This document shows positions 50,650 to 62,753 of a stretch of DNA of 64,000 nucleotides, piece by piece. Source of the DNA: Marsupella aquatica. Lineage: Eukaryota; Plantae; Marchantiophyta. Both the position numbers and the translations under genes were made by a program. The stretch spans positions 18,466,357 to 18,530,356 of the forward strand of contig OZ316892.1 of the NCBI GenBank assembly GCA_973895155.1. The letters are read 5' to 3'. Numbering within the stretch: position 1 is the first letter of the stretch; each line of letters starts with the position of its first letter. The notes below the pieces were generated by a model. It searched no databases and was not told the origin of the DNA. It worked only from the letters and a program-made list of their open reading frames with translations.

Positions 50650-50886
50650 CAATTTGTCTAGGTGTTAAGTCTTTGTAGAAAGAGCTAATTGTGAAGTCTT
50701 TTGTGTGCAAATTACTTTGATTAACCCCACTTGAAATGAGGCTTTGTGTAAAAAGAGAACTTCAGTATTCCTAATAGTCAAGTATTTTGTGTGCAAAGGG
50801 CTTTGGTGAACCCCACTTCAGGATGGAGACTGGGATGGAAGTATGTGCATAAGCGAGACAACCGATGGACCTTAAATCGGAGCCTC

Positions 50887-51075
50887 ACTTGCCCCAATAA
50901 AGACCACTATGATTGGGCTATCCTAGCTAGGATAAATAACGTCAAGAAAACTTGCCCCAATAAAGACCACTATGATTGGGCTATGCTAGCTAGGATAACT
51001 AAGGTCAAGTAAACTTGCCCCAATAAAGACCACTATGATTGGGCCATGCTGGCTGGAATAACTAATGTCAAGAAC
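50887..51075. repeat. ~63-bp tandem repeat x3
   Basis: acttgccccaataaagaccactatgattgggc...gtcaag occurs three times. Confidence 0.92.
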
Positions 51076-51323
51076 ACTCTGACTGCACTTATGTGGATCT
51101 GTTTACCAAAGGTAGCATTCCAATGTGAACACATCCGCTCTCATGTCTTCACCTGATGTACAATTGGCAGCTGCAATAATGGGCAGCAATGAATGGTGGG
51201 TCCCAATAGGAGACAATACATGAGTTTCCAAGGAAAGCTTTTCCAGAATGAGGAGGGAGACCCTTTGTTGGTGACAAGAGTGACAGAGTAGCGGATATTA
51301 TGGAGACACCCCAATGCAGATAC

Positions 51324-51432
51324 GCAAAAGCTCTAACTTCACTTCTCCAGAACAGAGGAACTGCTTAAGCTACTATAGAGGCAAAAGCTCTAACTTCACT
51401 TCTCCATAACAGAGGAACTGATTAACCTACTC
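51324..51432. repeat. ~57-bp tandem duplication
   Basis: gcaaaagctctaacttcacttctcca(g/t)aacagaggaactg occurs twice. Confidence 0.9.
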
Positions 51433-53410
51433 TACTTGGCAACTTATTTTTAGCATTCCAGCTAGTTTGTTGAAGTTGGTCTCTTCAGGTTTTGTTGGTC
51501 TGTTAAAAATAATGACGTCTAACACTAGGGACCCATGCAAGTACTCAGGAGCCCTTCGAACTGTCCATGGCATATAGTTTAATTCGCATCCCCTAGTGGC
51601 ATAACTCCACAGTGGTGGGGTCAACTGTAGTGAGAAATATATATGTGACATTGGCAACGATAAAAAATGCCAAACTGGGCAATAAGAACTGAAAGCGAGG
51701 AGACTCAATAAAGGGGAGGAATCGGGGGAGGAAAGAACGGAAAAAATTCTAGGAAGAAAACAGCCGAATTACACTCAAATCTTACTCAAGCAAACAAACA
51801 AGAAACACATGCAAACAAGCAAACTGTACCATGACATTGTATTGTACACAATTCCTATCTTATTTCTGAGTCTACTTTTCTCGGTCTGTTTGCTGGTATA
51901 TTGCTTATATCTAGCCCCAAAACAGGTATTCATGGCCAATTTGAGCAAGTAGCATAGTTTCCAAGGCATTACACCTCAGATTAATTTTTCAGGCTGTTCT
52001 GTCTAGGATTCAATTTCCTCCCAGCCCATTTTCCAGCCCACCATTTTGGAACATCACAATTTTGTGCTAGGTGCCCAATGTTGTTTATGTAATTATCTTT
52101 TGTGCTAACCTGCTCACCACGAGGAAAGACACCATGATCACGAAGACAAATTTTCCCTCACGCCTCCGCATCAAAAATTGGAACCAAGGGAGCCTGCCGA
52201 TGCAAGGGACGAATGTCACCAGACCTGGATCGAAGTCTCTTCGAGCTGTGTGGGGCTTGCGTCCTTGCCTAAGCACCTGTTCTCTCGTCTGCAGGGAGCT
52301 GCTCGCTGTCATCCGGTGCGCAGCAGAAAAGTTGACTGGATGGCTTTCATTTCGAAGATTGGACTTGTCCTATGTTTTGAGAGGACACATCGAAATGATG
52401 GTACTCGCTTCCCCCCACAACCTGCAGCCGTGTCCTATAGCTTGTAGCCCGGAATTGGATTGCTTTAGGTTGACTGCGGCGGCTCTCACTGAGAACGAAG
52501 TTGTTGGAAACTACATGCGTAGCCGAGACGCTGAAATTGTGGTGCCAGCTTCCCAAGTGCAACTGCAGCAGAAGATTACAATGGATCACAGCCCTTGAGT
52601 AAAAGCGTCTCAGTTAGAGCGGAGGACACTGCGAAATTGTGTTGCTCCCTTCTCAATCATATCACGCTGCGACCAAAATCTTTCCAGCTGCTTGAAGAAC
52701 TGGGTAATATTGTAGTCTCTGTCGATCGCAGGATAGAGAGGCATCATTCTAAAGCTCCCCAATGGATGCTCTGCAAAGGAGAGGCACAGACTCATCATTT
52801 TGCGTGGAGCATTTCTACTTTCCATATAAAAATTGGTAATGGAAAGGAACTGACGCGCTGGAATTTCTGTCGTCAATTCCTTCCGTCGCCAAATTTTAAA
52901 GCTGGAATTGCCCACGGATCCTCTAGGCCTTTACTTCATCACTCTGCCTGCTGCATCTGTACCACAAGGTCCGTGCTACGAACCTCCAGATCGAGCATGA
53001 TTGAGAGGATTGGCCTCAATGAAATTTGCTATAATCCCGGAGCATCAGGTCGACGAGATACATCACATGCATTGAGACAAGTCTCGATTGACTGATTGAG
53101 GGAACGGGATGGAATCCAAGGGAACTTGTGCTTTTGGGACACGCGCTCCGGCATTGGTCAGACATGATGACAGAGCCATTATGACAAGGAAGCGAATAGG
53201 GCGTTTACAGACATTTGTTTATGGAACAGTCAATTTATTTTCATGGAAGAGTGAGTTAACAATGGTTAATATATATAGTTTCTCTACAGCATGTTGAGCA
53301 AGTTACAGCTAATGCACTTCGTGATTTTTATTTATAACTAGAAAGCCAAAAGCATACCCATCAAACAGAGAACACGCGCACGTCCTGCTTTGAAGCATCC
53401 AATGTTATGC

Positions 53411-53657
53411 AGGGTAGCCACAAGCACTATACCCAATTATCCCACAGAGACCCAGACCAGGGCTGGAGAGGTTGGACCAGGGCCCCAAAACTGACCAGTT
53501 AGGGACTGAAGAGAAACCAAGATTCCCACCAGTACACCCCACCCACACATACACACCCTTACTCTCATATCCCCTGCATATTCTTGAGGGGGATTGAACT
53601 TGGGACCTCTTTGTTCTGGGCTCATCCCTCTAGCTAACTGACCAAAGCCAACTAGTT
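53411..53657 (-). mobile_element. tRNA-derived SINE-like element
   Basis: Minus-strand head TGGTCAGTTAGCTAGAGG (A-box-like) ... AAGTTCAATCCCCC (B-box-like) at tRNA-like spacing. The body is homologous to 30008-30225. Confidence 0.6.
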
Positions 53658-54099
53658 TATCTTGATTTTTTACTCCTTAATTTTTGGTGCTTCATGGAGA
53701 AGAATGCAATAGTCCAAATTTGAATTGGAATGGTACACTTATAGAAAGGAAAGAAAAGTCCATTTTTGACTATATGCAAGAATTTGGGTATTTGGTCTTT
53801 GAGTGAGGAGGCCTTCCATTGGGGTACCAAGATCCTTTGAGTAATTAATTAATTGATTTTCTGACACAAACACTTTCAGCTGCCTATCCCTCCCTTCTCC
53901 ACATTGTCTCACTATCAACTCATTGGTTAGATCACCACTCTCTTGAAGCCAGAGTGATACAGAGAGTGAGCACAGTCATACAACAAGCAACAAACATGAA
54001 GATTTGTTTTTCTGGTCAAAAACAGAAGGTTATCCCAAAACTGGACAAAAGTCTGTATAAAAAGGGAGATTTGCTTGGTGGAACTTCAAATGAAAACTA

Positions 54100-54445
54100 G
54101 CTACCCCTTAAGTCCAAATGGCTCAATGAGACCCCAAAAGTATTTTTACATGGGTTTGCTGTGGGAAAACCGAGTAATCAGAATTTTTGGCAGACCAGGA
54201 TTGCGTGAACATTGGGTGCACTACATTTTGCTAGTGAAAACCTGAGTCTCCCTGTCTGTGAGCCTCCCAAGGACATTGAAGGGAATCCGAGGGAACGGGT
54301 TGTCCCTTACCTGTGCCCCACCCTCACTTTTCCCCCATCTAACCCACTTCCTCTGCCAAAAATTCTGACAACCTGGTTCTCCCATTGCAAACCCAGTAAA
54401 CATACTTTTGGGGTCCCACCTAGCCATGTTGGACTTATGGGGACA
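54100..54445. mobile_element. Foldback/MULE-like MITE with ~90-bp inverted arms
   Basis: 54104-54195 (ccccttaagtccaaatggct..gaccccaaaagtat..tgggtttgc..tcagaatttttggcag) is the reverse complement, with mismatches, of 54352-54442. Confidence 0.75.
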
Positions 54446-55368
54446 GGGGCCTGGTTTAGTAGCGTGTTTTCATTTGAGGCCCCACCACGCAAATCTCTCT
54501 ATTTAAAACATGGGTGCATCGAACCTACTGTAGTACCTTGGTAACTGTGCAGACTTTTGGCAGTGCCATGATTTGCTCATCCTAAAGTATTTCACTGGCC
54601 GGCGAAAAGTACTCGACCAACTGCGGTAGCCTTTTTAGTAGCGTTGAAGACACAATAATAATGCAAACCATAGCTGGGTAACTACTGAGGTAAAATCTGT
54701 ATGTACATTGTGCTGTACTTGCACTGAGCCACAGTATCGATAGGTGCTGCTGTCTAGCCAACATGCAGACAGGCGATTGACTGTAAGCGCTACTGCTCGC
54801 TCTACAAAAATAAAAATTTCCCTTGATGACAAACTTCACGGTGGCTTGGAACTATGAGTCTCTGCAAAAATCGAGGCAACCCTTCAATGCTCCGTTTTCT
54901 TCCCATTTCGCACAATTTGATTTATCAAAATTACTCTGGTTAGTACTGTGAATCGATTCAGACATTAACAGTGAGACGAAAATGCTACCGTCCTCGGGGT
55001 GACTTTATTTCATGAGTCTCAATCGACGGGACTCTCCAAATTGGGGGTAACTGAGGACGATCTCGAACCACGCTGATTAGCTGAGTAACATTACATCCGC
55101 CATTTCCTTGAAGTTCTTGAGGTCGCTCTTGCAGTAACAAGTTAGACCTCAACTTGAAAGGCCCCTCATGAGCTTGTTTAGAATATCTACTACGCATTGT
55201 CGTTTCCCGCTCTCCGCCGATGGGCTAGAGGAACCTCGGCTTAGCACTTTAGCAGAAGACATCGACGAGATTACGAGGGACCGAAGTAAGACAAGCCTTT
55301 GCGTCAAATTGCATGACTACATGCCGGAATCTACTGTCCTTTGGCTGGCTGAAATTCCGGGAATTACT

Positions 55369-56590
55369 TCCTAATGGCTTCCTATGCAAGAACGACAATT
55401 TTGCTCCTCCAACACAAACACTCTTGCACCGGGTACTTGTTCGAATACAGGGCACTGGAAATCGTCTGCGCGTTGGAAGACCTACAGGCACCCTTGCCCC
55501 CCTGCTGCAATACGAGTGGAAGGATGGTCTTCCACTCCTGGACACTTCCACAGCCCACCTACGCGAATTACAAGGGCGGCACCCGGACATCCTACATAAG
55601 GCAATACACAAGTGGGCACTCAGGCTAGATTGGACCCCCAATTCTCGAACACTGTGGACATGCACCTGGCTCTCTTTCCGCGCGGCAAGAGAGAATTGCT
55701 TCCTCTGGCAATTGATTTACCGGATTCCAGCCACGCAACACTGGCGATTCCCCAAGTCACCAATGACTGATCCGGCTACCTGGTGTACTAGATGTGAACA
55801 AAATCAACAGGAAGACATTGTTCACTGCATCTGGGAGTGCACTAAGTCACAAGTAGTTTGGTCATGGCTCCAATTCATTTTGAGACACTGCGCCTTCACT
55901 CAAGGGAACCGAATACAACTACTCCCCGCTCACATCTTCGTCGGGGCCCCACTACCGGATGAATGGGATGTACCTGATAAACTCTGGCACATCACCAGAG
56001 CTGTCCTCTGTTGGCACATCTGGAAGGAGCGGTGTGTGCATTTCATCGAACACACCAGGCCCAATCCACAAGGGGTTATCCAGAAAGTATGGTATCGACT
56101 CGGCATTTACCTCAGACGTGATTGGGCCCAGCACAAAACCAAGATTCGCACTGGGAAGTCCACCTTCAGCGAGGCCCACCACGCAATGTCTCGGGATTAT
56201 GGCACATGGAATGGACTGTGGCTCCTCCATGATGATATCCTCCAAGTCCAACCGGTCCCCCCACGTCCCCCTTGAGCAATACGTCACTGCAGGTTTTGAA
56301 GCTGCACTACTGCTAGACTGATAGAGTGTTCCCACCTTATCATGGATCCACTGCAAGGGACCCCGCCGGCCCCTTTGCACTGGCCGGTCTTTGGGAGTGT
56401 GCTGCTCCCGTTGTAGTTTCCAAATCCCTTGTTTGGTTGCCTTGTAGGAGGCTCAGTTTCTTCCCTGGTTCCGGCTTCACCGGCCCCGGCACCTTGACCT
56501 CATGGTCCCCTTGGGGGTGCCCTTTTTTGGGCCCCCCGTTTTGTATTCTGGCCTTATGAATGGAATTCGTTTGGTTTTTTCGAGGCAAAA
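55369..56590 (+). mobile_element. 5'-truncated LINE (L1-like) insertion: zf-RVT C-terminus, 3' UTR and short A tail
   Basis: Open frame to TGA 56275 with FLWQLIYRIPAT...WCTRC...EDIVHCIWEC. Perfect 17-bp TSD AAATTCCGGGAATTACT at 55352-55368 and 56591-56607. Confidence 0.9.
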
Positions 56591-58285
56591 AAATTCCGGG
56601 AATTACTACAGTAGGTACAACACCTCCAGTAGTAGATGTCTGTTCTAAGAATCTAAGATGTTAGGGTCTTCTACACTTTGGGCATCCACCTGGACCACTT
56701 CCATTGCTACGCGCCAAAATGATAATACATATTCTATGATCATCCCAACTTTCTCCACGTAAACATTAGCGAGCACACAGATCGACAATTGTACTGAAGG
56801 TCGGATTCGCTAAACGGATAACAGCCAAGTCAATCCGAGACTCGAGATCATGATTTTCTTATTTTGGATGCGAATCTCTGTCGCTCCGGGCGGGTAACCG
56901 AATAACGGATTTGCCAAACTGATGAGAGCCAAGTCAATCCACTAGCGAGATCATGATTTTATTCTTGGTTGTCAATCTCTCTCGCGCGCTCCTTCGCCGA
57001 TGGATGCCGCAATATGGGATCTCCGTGCCTGGACTACCGCACAGTCATTGGTTTGCCGCAATGCAATGTGGTCCCACAAATTCATCTGCAATAAGGTGAT
57101 GTTCCCCCTGCAGTCTTGATGTTAACAATCTTTCTGGCGCGCACTCTTAATTGGAGCTACCTTCACACAATTATGGATCTACTCTGCTTCACATTTGCCG
57201 ATTTGCGCTTAGTGCAATCCAACCGACAAGGGAAATGCAGGATAGGCAGCTGACAAAATTTCAGCTCATGTAGCAAGTTGGCCGGCGCGCGGTAAGCCCC
57301 AATGGCCATGGCAGGGGTGGTACAGAACCATGGCTGAGTTCGGTACATTATCACTCTTGTTTGTCCAATATATACTTTCCTCCTATTGGCCTATTCTTTC
57401 CACTTTTAATAATATTTTTTGTCAAGATTGGTGAACTTACAACAATCGAACATTCAGGATCCAATCACGTTTCACTATGAAATGGTCATCCATGATGTCC
57501 TCTACCCTAACCAGAACACCCCTTCCAACCCCCAACCTTGGATTGGGTCTGTTATTCGCACCTGTCCCAACCTGCTTGGGTCCCCCTGGTTGGGTGCTCC
57601 ACTCTTCCATCCCCCCCGGAATGAGGGTGTTGAGGTTAAGTTGATGATGGTGATGACCGTCTGGCAATGAAAATTGGCACGCCATAATGCTTAGATCACT
57701 CCAAACCAACCAGTGATGACAAAAGGGGGCAACATAGTAATTAAACAAAAAAGAATGACAAAGTATATATTAAGCCTTGCTGGTAATGACATATCAAAAT
57801 GTGATAATATACAACAGTATGCATTCACTAATTTAAAAATAATAAATAATAATGACTGTTTATCATGGTATGGGGCAATGTGGTATCAAAATGTGGTAAT
57901 ACAGAGTGGCATTCAATGATTTGAAATGGTATGGAGCATATAGTACCCATATATATCATATTTTGATATACAATTAGATGACCTATCTATTAGATATATC
58001 TCTCGATAATTAAACAGGAAAGGCAAGATCAAATCTATAATTAAGCACAAAAGACAAGATCAAGACATATTTATACATCCGATTGTATTAATTCCAGTAA
58101 GTAGCCCCCGTTGCCCCGGTTATACCAGATTCATTAATATTTGGAGTGATTTGGCATCACAATCAGCTAGACCCAGGAAAAGTTTTGCTCATTTGAAATA
58201 AAAATAAGAATCGAGGGGCACCCAAGGCTGGCAGACCTGCAGGAGCCTATGTCTTGTGGTTGGTTCTGAATTTTCTTTACACTAG

Positions 58286-58495
58286 CCCCATGACCCGTTC
58301 CTTGAACACATGGGCCTTTATCTTGTCTTTGGTTACACTGTCCCCATGACCCGTTCCTTGAACACATGGGCCTTTATCTTGTCTTTGGTTACACTGTCCC
58401 CATGACCCATCCCTTGAACATATGGGCCTTTATCTTGTCTTTGGTTCTGAATTCTCTACACTACTGGTAGTCCCATGACCTGTTCCTTGAACATA
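58286..58495. repeat. 56-bp tandem repeat (3 copies plus a partial) upstream of the expansin
   Basis: ccccatgacccgttccttgaacacatgggcctttatcttgtctttggttacactgt starts at 58286, 58342 and 58398. Confidence 0.92.
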
Positions 58496-58770
58496 AATAG
58501 TTATAAAAAAAAATATTGCACAATAAAAATTATATATTATTTTGGTCAGGTTTGTCCAATCCTTGTTATTTCAGTTTTGTATTTTTAGAGTTAATGTCAC
58601 TTATCGGATTTCAGTGTCACTATTGGGAGTTACTCTGTACAGGCTTCACTCTAGACTTAAAGTAGCCTTCAGTTGGGGCTTCTATAATAAGATAAGTCTG
58701 CAGTACTTCCGTACTTCCACTTATTCGTTCGCACTTACTCCTATTCGTCCATTCGGCTCCTGATCATTTC

Positions 58771-58779
58771 TCTATATAA
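58771..58779 (+). promoter_or_regulatory. Putative TATA box of the expansin gene
   Basis: tctatataag about 120 bp upstream of the ATG, followed by a pyrimidine-rich leader. Confidence 0.5.
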
Positions 58780-58892
58780 GGTGGCAGTAGTGCCGTACTT
58801 TCCCCTATTCCTTCATTCCACGCCCGATCATTCTCCAATACCTTGTACGTCTGCATTCCTTCCAGACGTCTAGGATCTGTATTCTGTAAGCG

Positions 58893-59660
58893 ATGCCTTC
58901 CATGGATTTCTTGGTCACAACAGTGCTGATTTCGGTGTTCTTAGTACAAGGAGTTCACTCTGGGCGAGAAATAACAGCAGACGGTCACAGATCTCTTGTA
59001 GCTGCTAACTATTATTCTTGGGGTCCTGGGCATGCTACGTTTTATGGCGGAGCTGATGCATCCGGTACAGCAGGAGGAGCTTGTGGATATCAGAATCCTT
59101 TCACGTTGGGGTATGGTAAGCTCACCGCAGCCATCAGCGACATGATATACAATGGAGGTTTGGCTTGTGGAGCTTGCTTCGAAGTGAAATGCGTCGGAGG
59201 TCCTAAATGTTACTCGAGTTCTGTTGTGGTCACTGCCACAAACGAGAGCCCACAGTATACAACAGCAACTCCTGGGCCGCATTTCGATCTTTCCCAGCCT
59301 GCTTTCGATTCGATCGCTCAGGAGATCCTAGGCAACATCATCATTCAATACAGAAGAGTGTCTTGTCAGAAGCAAGGCGGCATCCGATTCCTGATTGGAG
59401 GACAAACATATTGGATGAGCGTACTGGTCTACAATGTTGGTGGTGTTGGAGACGTTCAGTCCCTGTCGGTGAAAGGTTCTAACACGAACTGGATTTCGCT
59501 GCAGCACCTTTGGGGGCAAACTTGGTGCACTGGACAGATTCTCGATGGTCAAGCTATCTCTTTCTCTACTGTTCTCAGTGATGGAAGCACTCTGAGCAGT
59601 AACAATGTGGGAAATACTGGGTGGACATACGGCCAGACCTATGAAGGCTCGCAGTATTGA
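58893..59660 (+). CDS. EXPA: Alpha-expansin-like cell-wall loosening protein, intronless, 255 aa
   Basis: Signal peptide, HATFYGGADASGTAGGACGY, GLACGACFEVKC, HFDLSQPAF, YRRVSC, NVGGVGDV, WGQTW, WTYGQTYEGSQY. Confidence 0.95.
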   Translation: MPSMDFLVTTVLISVFLVQGVHSGREITADGHRSLVAANYYSWGPGHATFYGGADASGTAGGACGYQNPFTLGYGKLTAAISDMIYNGGLACGACFEVKCVGGPKCYSSSVVVTATNESPQYTTATPGPHFDLSQPAFDSIAQEILGNIIIQYRRVSCQKQGGIRFLIGGQTYWMSVLVYNVGGVGDVQSLSVKGSNTNWISLQHLWGQTWCTGQILDGQAISFSTVLSDGSTLSSNNVGNTGWTYGQTYEGSQY

Positions 59661-59764
59661 TCATGAGTGGGAACCGTCAATTAAGCTCGGATTGATGTTT
59701 TTCTGTTGCAGTTGTAGAAATTAGAAACCGGGTTAGAAACCAGCATTTTATAGGTTTCACTTAG

Positions 59765-59960
59765 CTTTTCCGGTTGTTCTATTCGCTGCGCGACAGAGCG
59801 GGTACTGGTTGCCCTAGATTGTCTCTCCTAGGGAGATTGCTGCTCGTTGTACTGTGGAAATGAGTTTTCCAAGTTGTTCCTTCCGCTGCGCGACGGAGCG
59901 TGTAGTTGTAGCCCTTAGCTAGCATAGAGAGATTGCTGCTCGTTGTGCTTTGGAAATCTT
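59765..59960. repeat. ~100-bp diverged duplication 3' of the expansin
   Basis: cgctgcgcgac(a/g)gagcg ... gagattgctgctcgttgt occurs twice. Confidence 0.75.
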
Positions 59961-62578
59961 AGGAGGTTAATTTCATCCTCTTGTTCCTTCGCGGCACGAT
60001 GAAGCGTATTGTCCTCGCCCATGAGTGTCTTCGAGAGGCCGCTGCTCGTTCGTTGGATAGTTTAGGTGTCATGATAGTGTGGCGTTCTTCCTTGCTCTTC
60101 ACAGTACCATTTCCAAGTTTGTACATCGTGTAATTGTCCAAACTTGGTAATGTTGCAATGGTGCTGGTCTGCGCCCTGTTCATGTCTGCAAGTTATATAT
60201 AACGACACAGTTCTACTCTCACGTTTTACACAAAGCTGCCATGAGAGCCTCATCGCTTGCACATTGTTGGTTTCTCAAGAGCAAACGTCGATCCGCATGG
60301 CAGTTTTTTCACAGGTTGACAGTTTTGTAGTGCATGCATTAATTGAGCGTTTATTATCTTCCCATCTGGAAATTAGAAGGCATGCGTGCCACTCGTGGTT
60401 TTCATGCCATGCCAGTCAATTATTGCGTTGAAAATTTCGTCAGTCGTTGTGTTTCTTTGCACCTGGGAGTGTATACTCGTGTGCATGGCGGCCGTTTTCC
60501 AAATCATACCTACATTCCAGGACGTGCCGATCTTGAACTGCCGTTCTGTTTTGTCGAAGAATGTCTTTGATTCTTTGAAGTTTTCAAGTCGACCTGTGCT
60601 GTGCTTCGCCTTGCGTTCCTTTTTACTTTCCTTCTAGTGTATCGGCAAGAGACATGCAAATCAATGTTTACAAGAGCTTTTTGCGGATTTACAATATAGT
60701 TGAGCGGACTGAATGCCAGTCTGCGTGCACTGATGCTCATTTCACTCTAGCAAGCTCTATTTTCCACATTTTTTCACGAGAAGCCCGGGCTGACGTACAT
60801 TGCTGAGTGTGATCCCAACTATCACATTCCGCCCTCAGCCTCTGGTACCCAGACTAGAGGCTCCCAGACTGTATTCTATCCATTCTAGTCATGTTTGTCC
60901 CTGTCTACAAACTAAATCCGCGGCCGATTGAGATTTTCTAAACTCACTAAAATGTTCGTACCATTAGTTGTCTCCTAACAACTGCTGGTTGTCCAATTCT
61001 ATCATCGGACTGTAAATGACCTAAAAGGTCCAGTTAAGCTCATCAAAGCATGTGGTGATGTCTCTCTTGTTCATCACAGAGCGTCACAGCACCCACGAGC
61101 GGTATTTCCTTGGATTCCGCAAACCGTTTGAACTTTGTCTTCAAGTGAAACAGTATCGTCCATTGCTTGCGTTGAGACGTTCTCAAGCTCGTAAAGTGGC
61201 GGTCTATCTGTCTATTTGTTCTTTGTAATAATTGTGCTGGGTTGCAGGTGACCTCGCACTATTAGAAGCTTTGCACTTCGTATTTTGTTCCAGATCCTGC
61301 TTTCTACGGCGGGATCTGCCAGTTGGTTCTTGCTTTGTGTTTGGGGAAGCCTTATCAATGTGCCCCCAGGAGTTTCTTTCTGCGGTTAGTCTCGTTCCGC
61401 CTTTTTGTTGACACCAATGCTTGTTTCGAACTGTGCCTCGTAACAAGCTTTCTCGATGGTGCTACATTGACAGCATCGCCACTGATTTCACTTGAGGGAT
61501 GTAACTTGTGTCGCCTCCTACTAGGCACATGTTCAATGACACACCCTTTCTGTGCTTTCCATTTGTCTTTTGGGCCGCACTCTTCTCTTCGCCATACAGC
61601 GCTTCTGCCTTCAGCGATGGGGGCGAGTATTATTGTAGACCCATAAATTTCCGGCTGCATTCTCGGTGCTTTGATCCGAATGAAGCACGATTGATCGATG
61701 CATTTGTCAGTAATGACAGTTTGAAATCATCTTTACATGGAAAGGCGAGCTTGAGTTATGGAAAGTAAAGATGGACCGAGCTGTTTGCCCCAATGGATTT
61801 CCAAGGCTGGGATAGATTGACTCAAAACATTCAAAGCTGGGATATCATTGTTTATAGGTTTGACTCACATGTGGACTGTAAACAAACTCTTGACCGTTTC
61901 TGCGGTGGTAAGTCGTGGCTCACGTAAACTACTCAGGGCTTCCTTTACAAAAGCCAAACGTCATTTCCCAAAGTGATAAGTTGGTGCTGTGCCCAAGTAC
62001 TGAGAGTATTCTTCACTCCGTTGGCAGTTAGTTTATAATCTTTGAATATCAGTTAGTTTATAATATTTGAATATCTGATCATCTTTGCACTCAAAGGCAA
62101 TGGAGCAAAGAGTTTCAGACAACATGAAACAAGGGATATATTGGACTTCACAGAACACGCTGGAAAACTTTTAGCTGGAAAAAAAGACCCAGAAGTTATC
62201 AAAATAAATACACAAATTTGCTGAAAAATAGAATTTTACAGTTGACTAAGACACCTAGAAAACTACTTGGAGCATACTTCTCAAAAGTGAAGAGTGGTTT
62301 CAAAGATAGCCCAACAATCTGGATTTTGGGTGTAAAGTGAAGCGGTGTGTGTCAGAGTCTATGGGGATGGGCAAATCAAACTCCCTGGTCCATCCGGGCT
62401 TAACTTTCTTGAGTTATGGCCTAAAACATGGCGGTATCTTTCGGTGGGCAAGAGTTTTGAACCATTGGACAACCCTTACATTGTAGGACAACAATAGGGG
62501 GTCTCAAACCTCAAAATTTGATGAATTTTAACTTAGTAGTTGAGGATATATACAGAAAAAGTTATGATCTGCCAAAGT

Positions 62579-62753
62579 CATAGTCCACAACTTTTTGCAG
62601 TAAAGATTGGTTTGTGGAAAGAAAAAACTTTCACATCACCTTGTGAAAATGCTCCATGTTATGGACTACCACATTCATAGTCCACAACTTTTTGCCCTAA
62701 AGATTGGTTAGTGAACAAAAAAACTTGTACATAATCTTGTGAAAATGCTCCAT
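62579..62753. repeat. ~98-bp diverged tandem duplication
   Basis: catagtccacaacttttt...aaagattggtt...cttgtgaaaatgctccat occurs twice. Confidence 0.8.

Noticed and set aside
50887-51075. Regularly spaced repeats resembling a CRISPR array (also 58286-58495 and 63688-63934)
   Set aside because: Whole units repeat with no unique spacers, there are no cas genes, and the context is eukaryotic.
53580-53657. Functional tRNA gene
   Set aside because: Only degenerate A/B boxes and no convincing cloverleaf; it is attached to a repeated body, so it is treated as a SINE head.
60343-61768. Possible transposase remnant
   Set aside because: Only a vague resemblance in one short peptide (EIFNAII); not enough to call.
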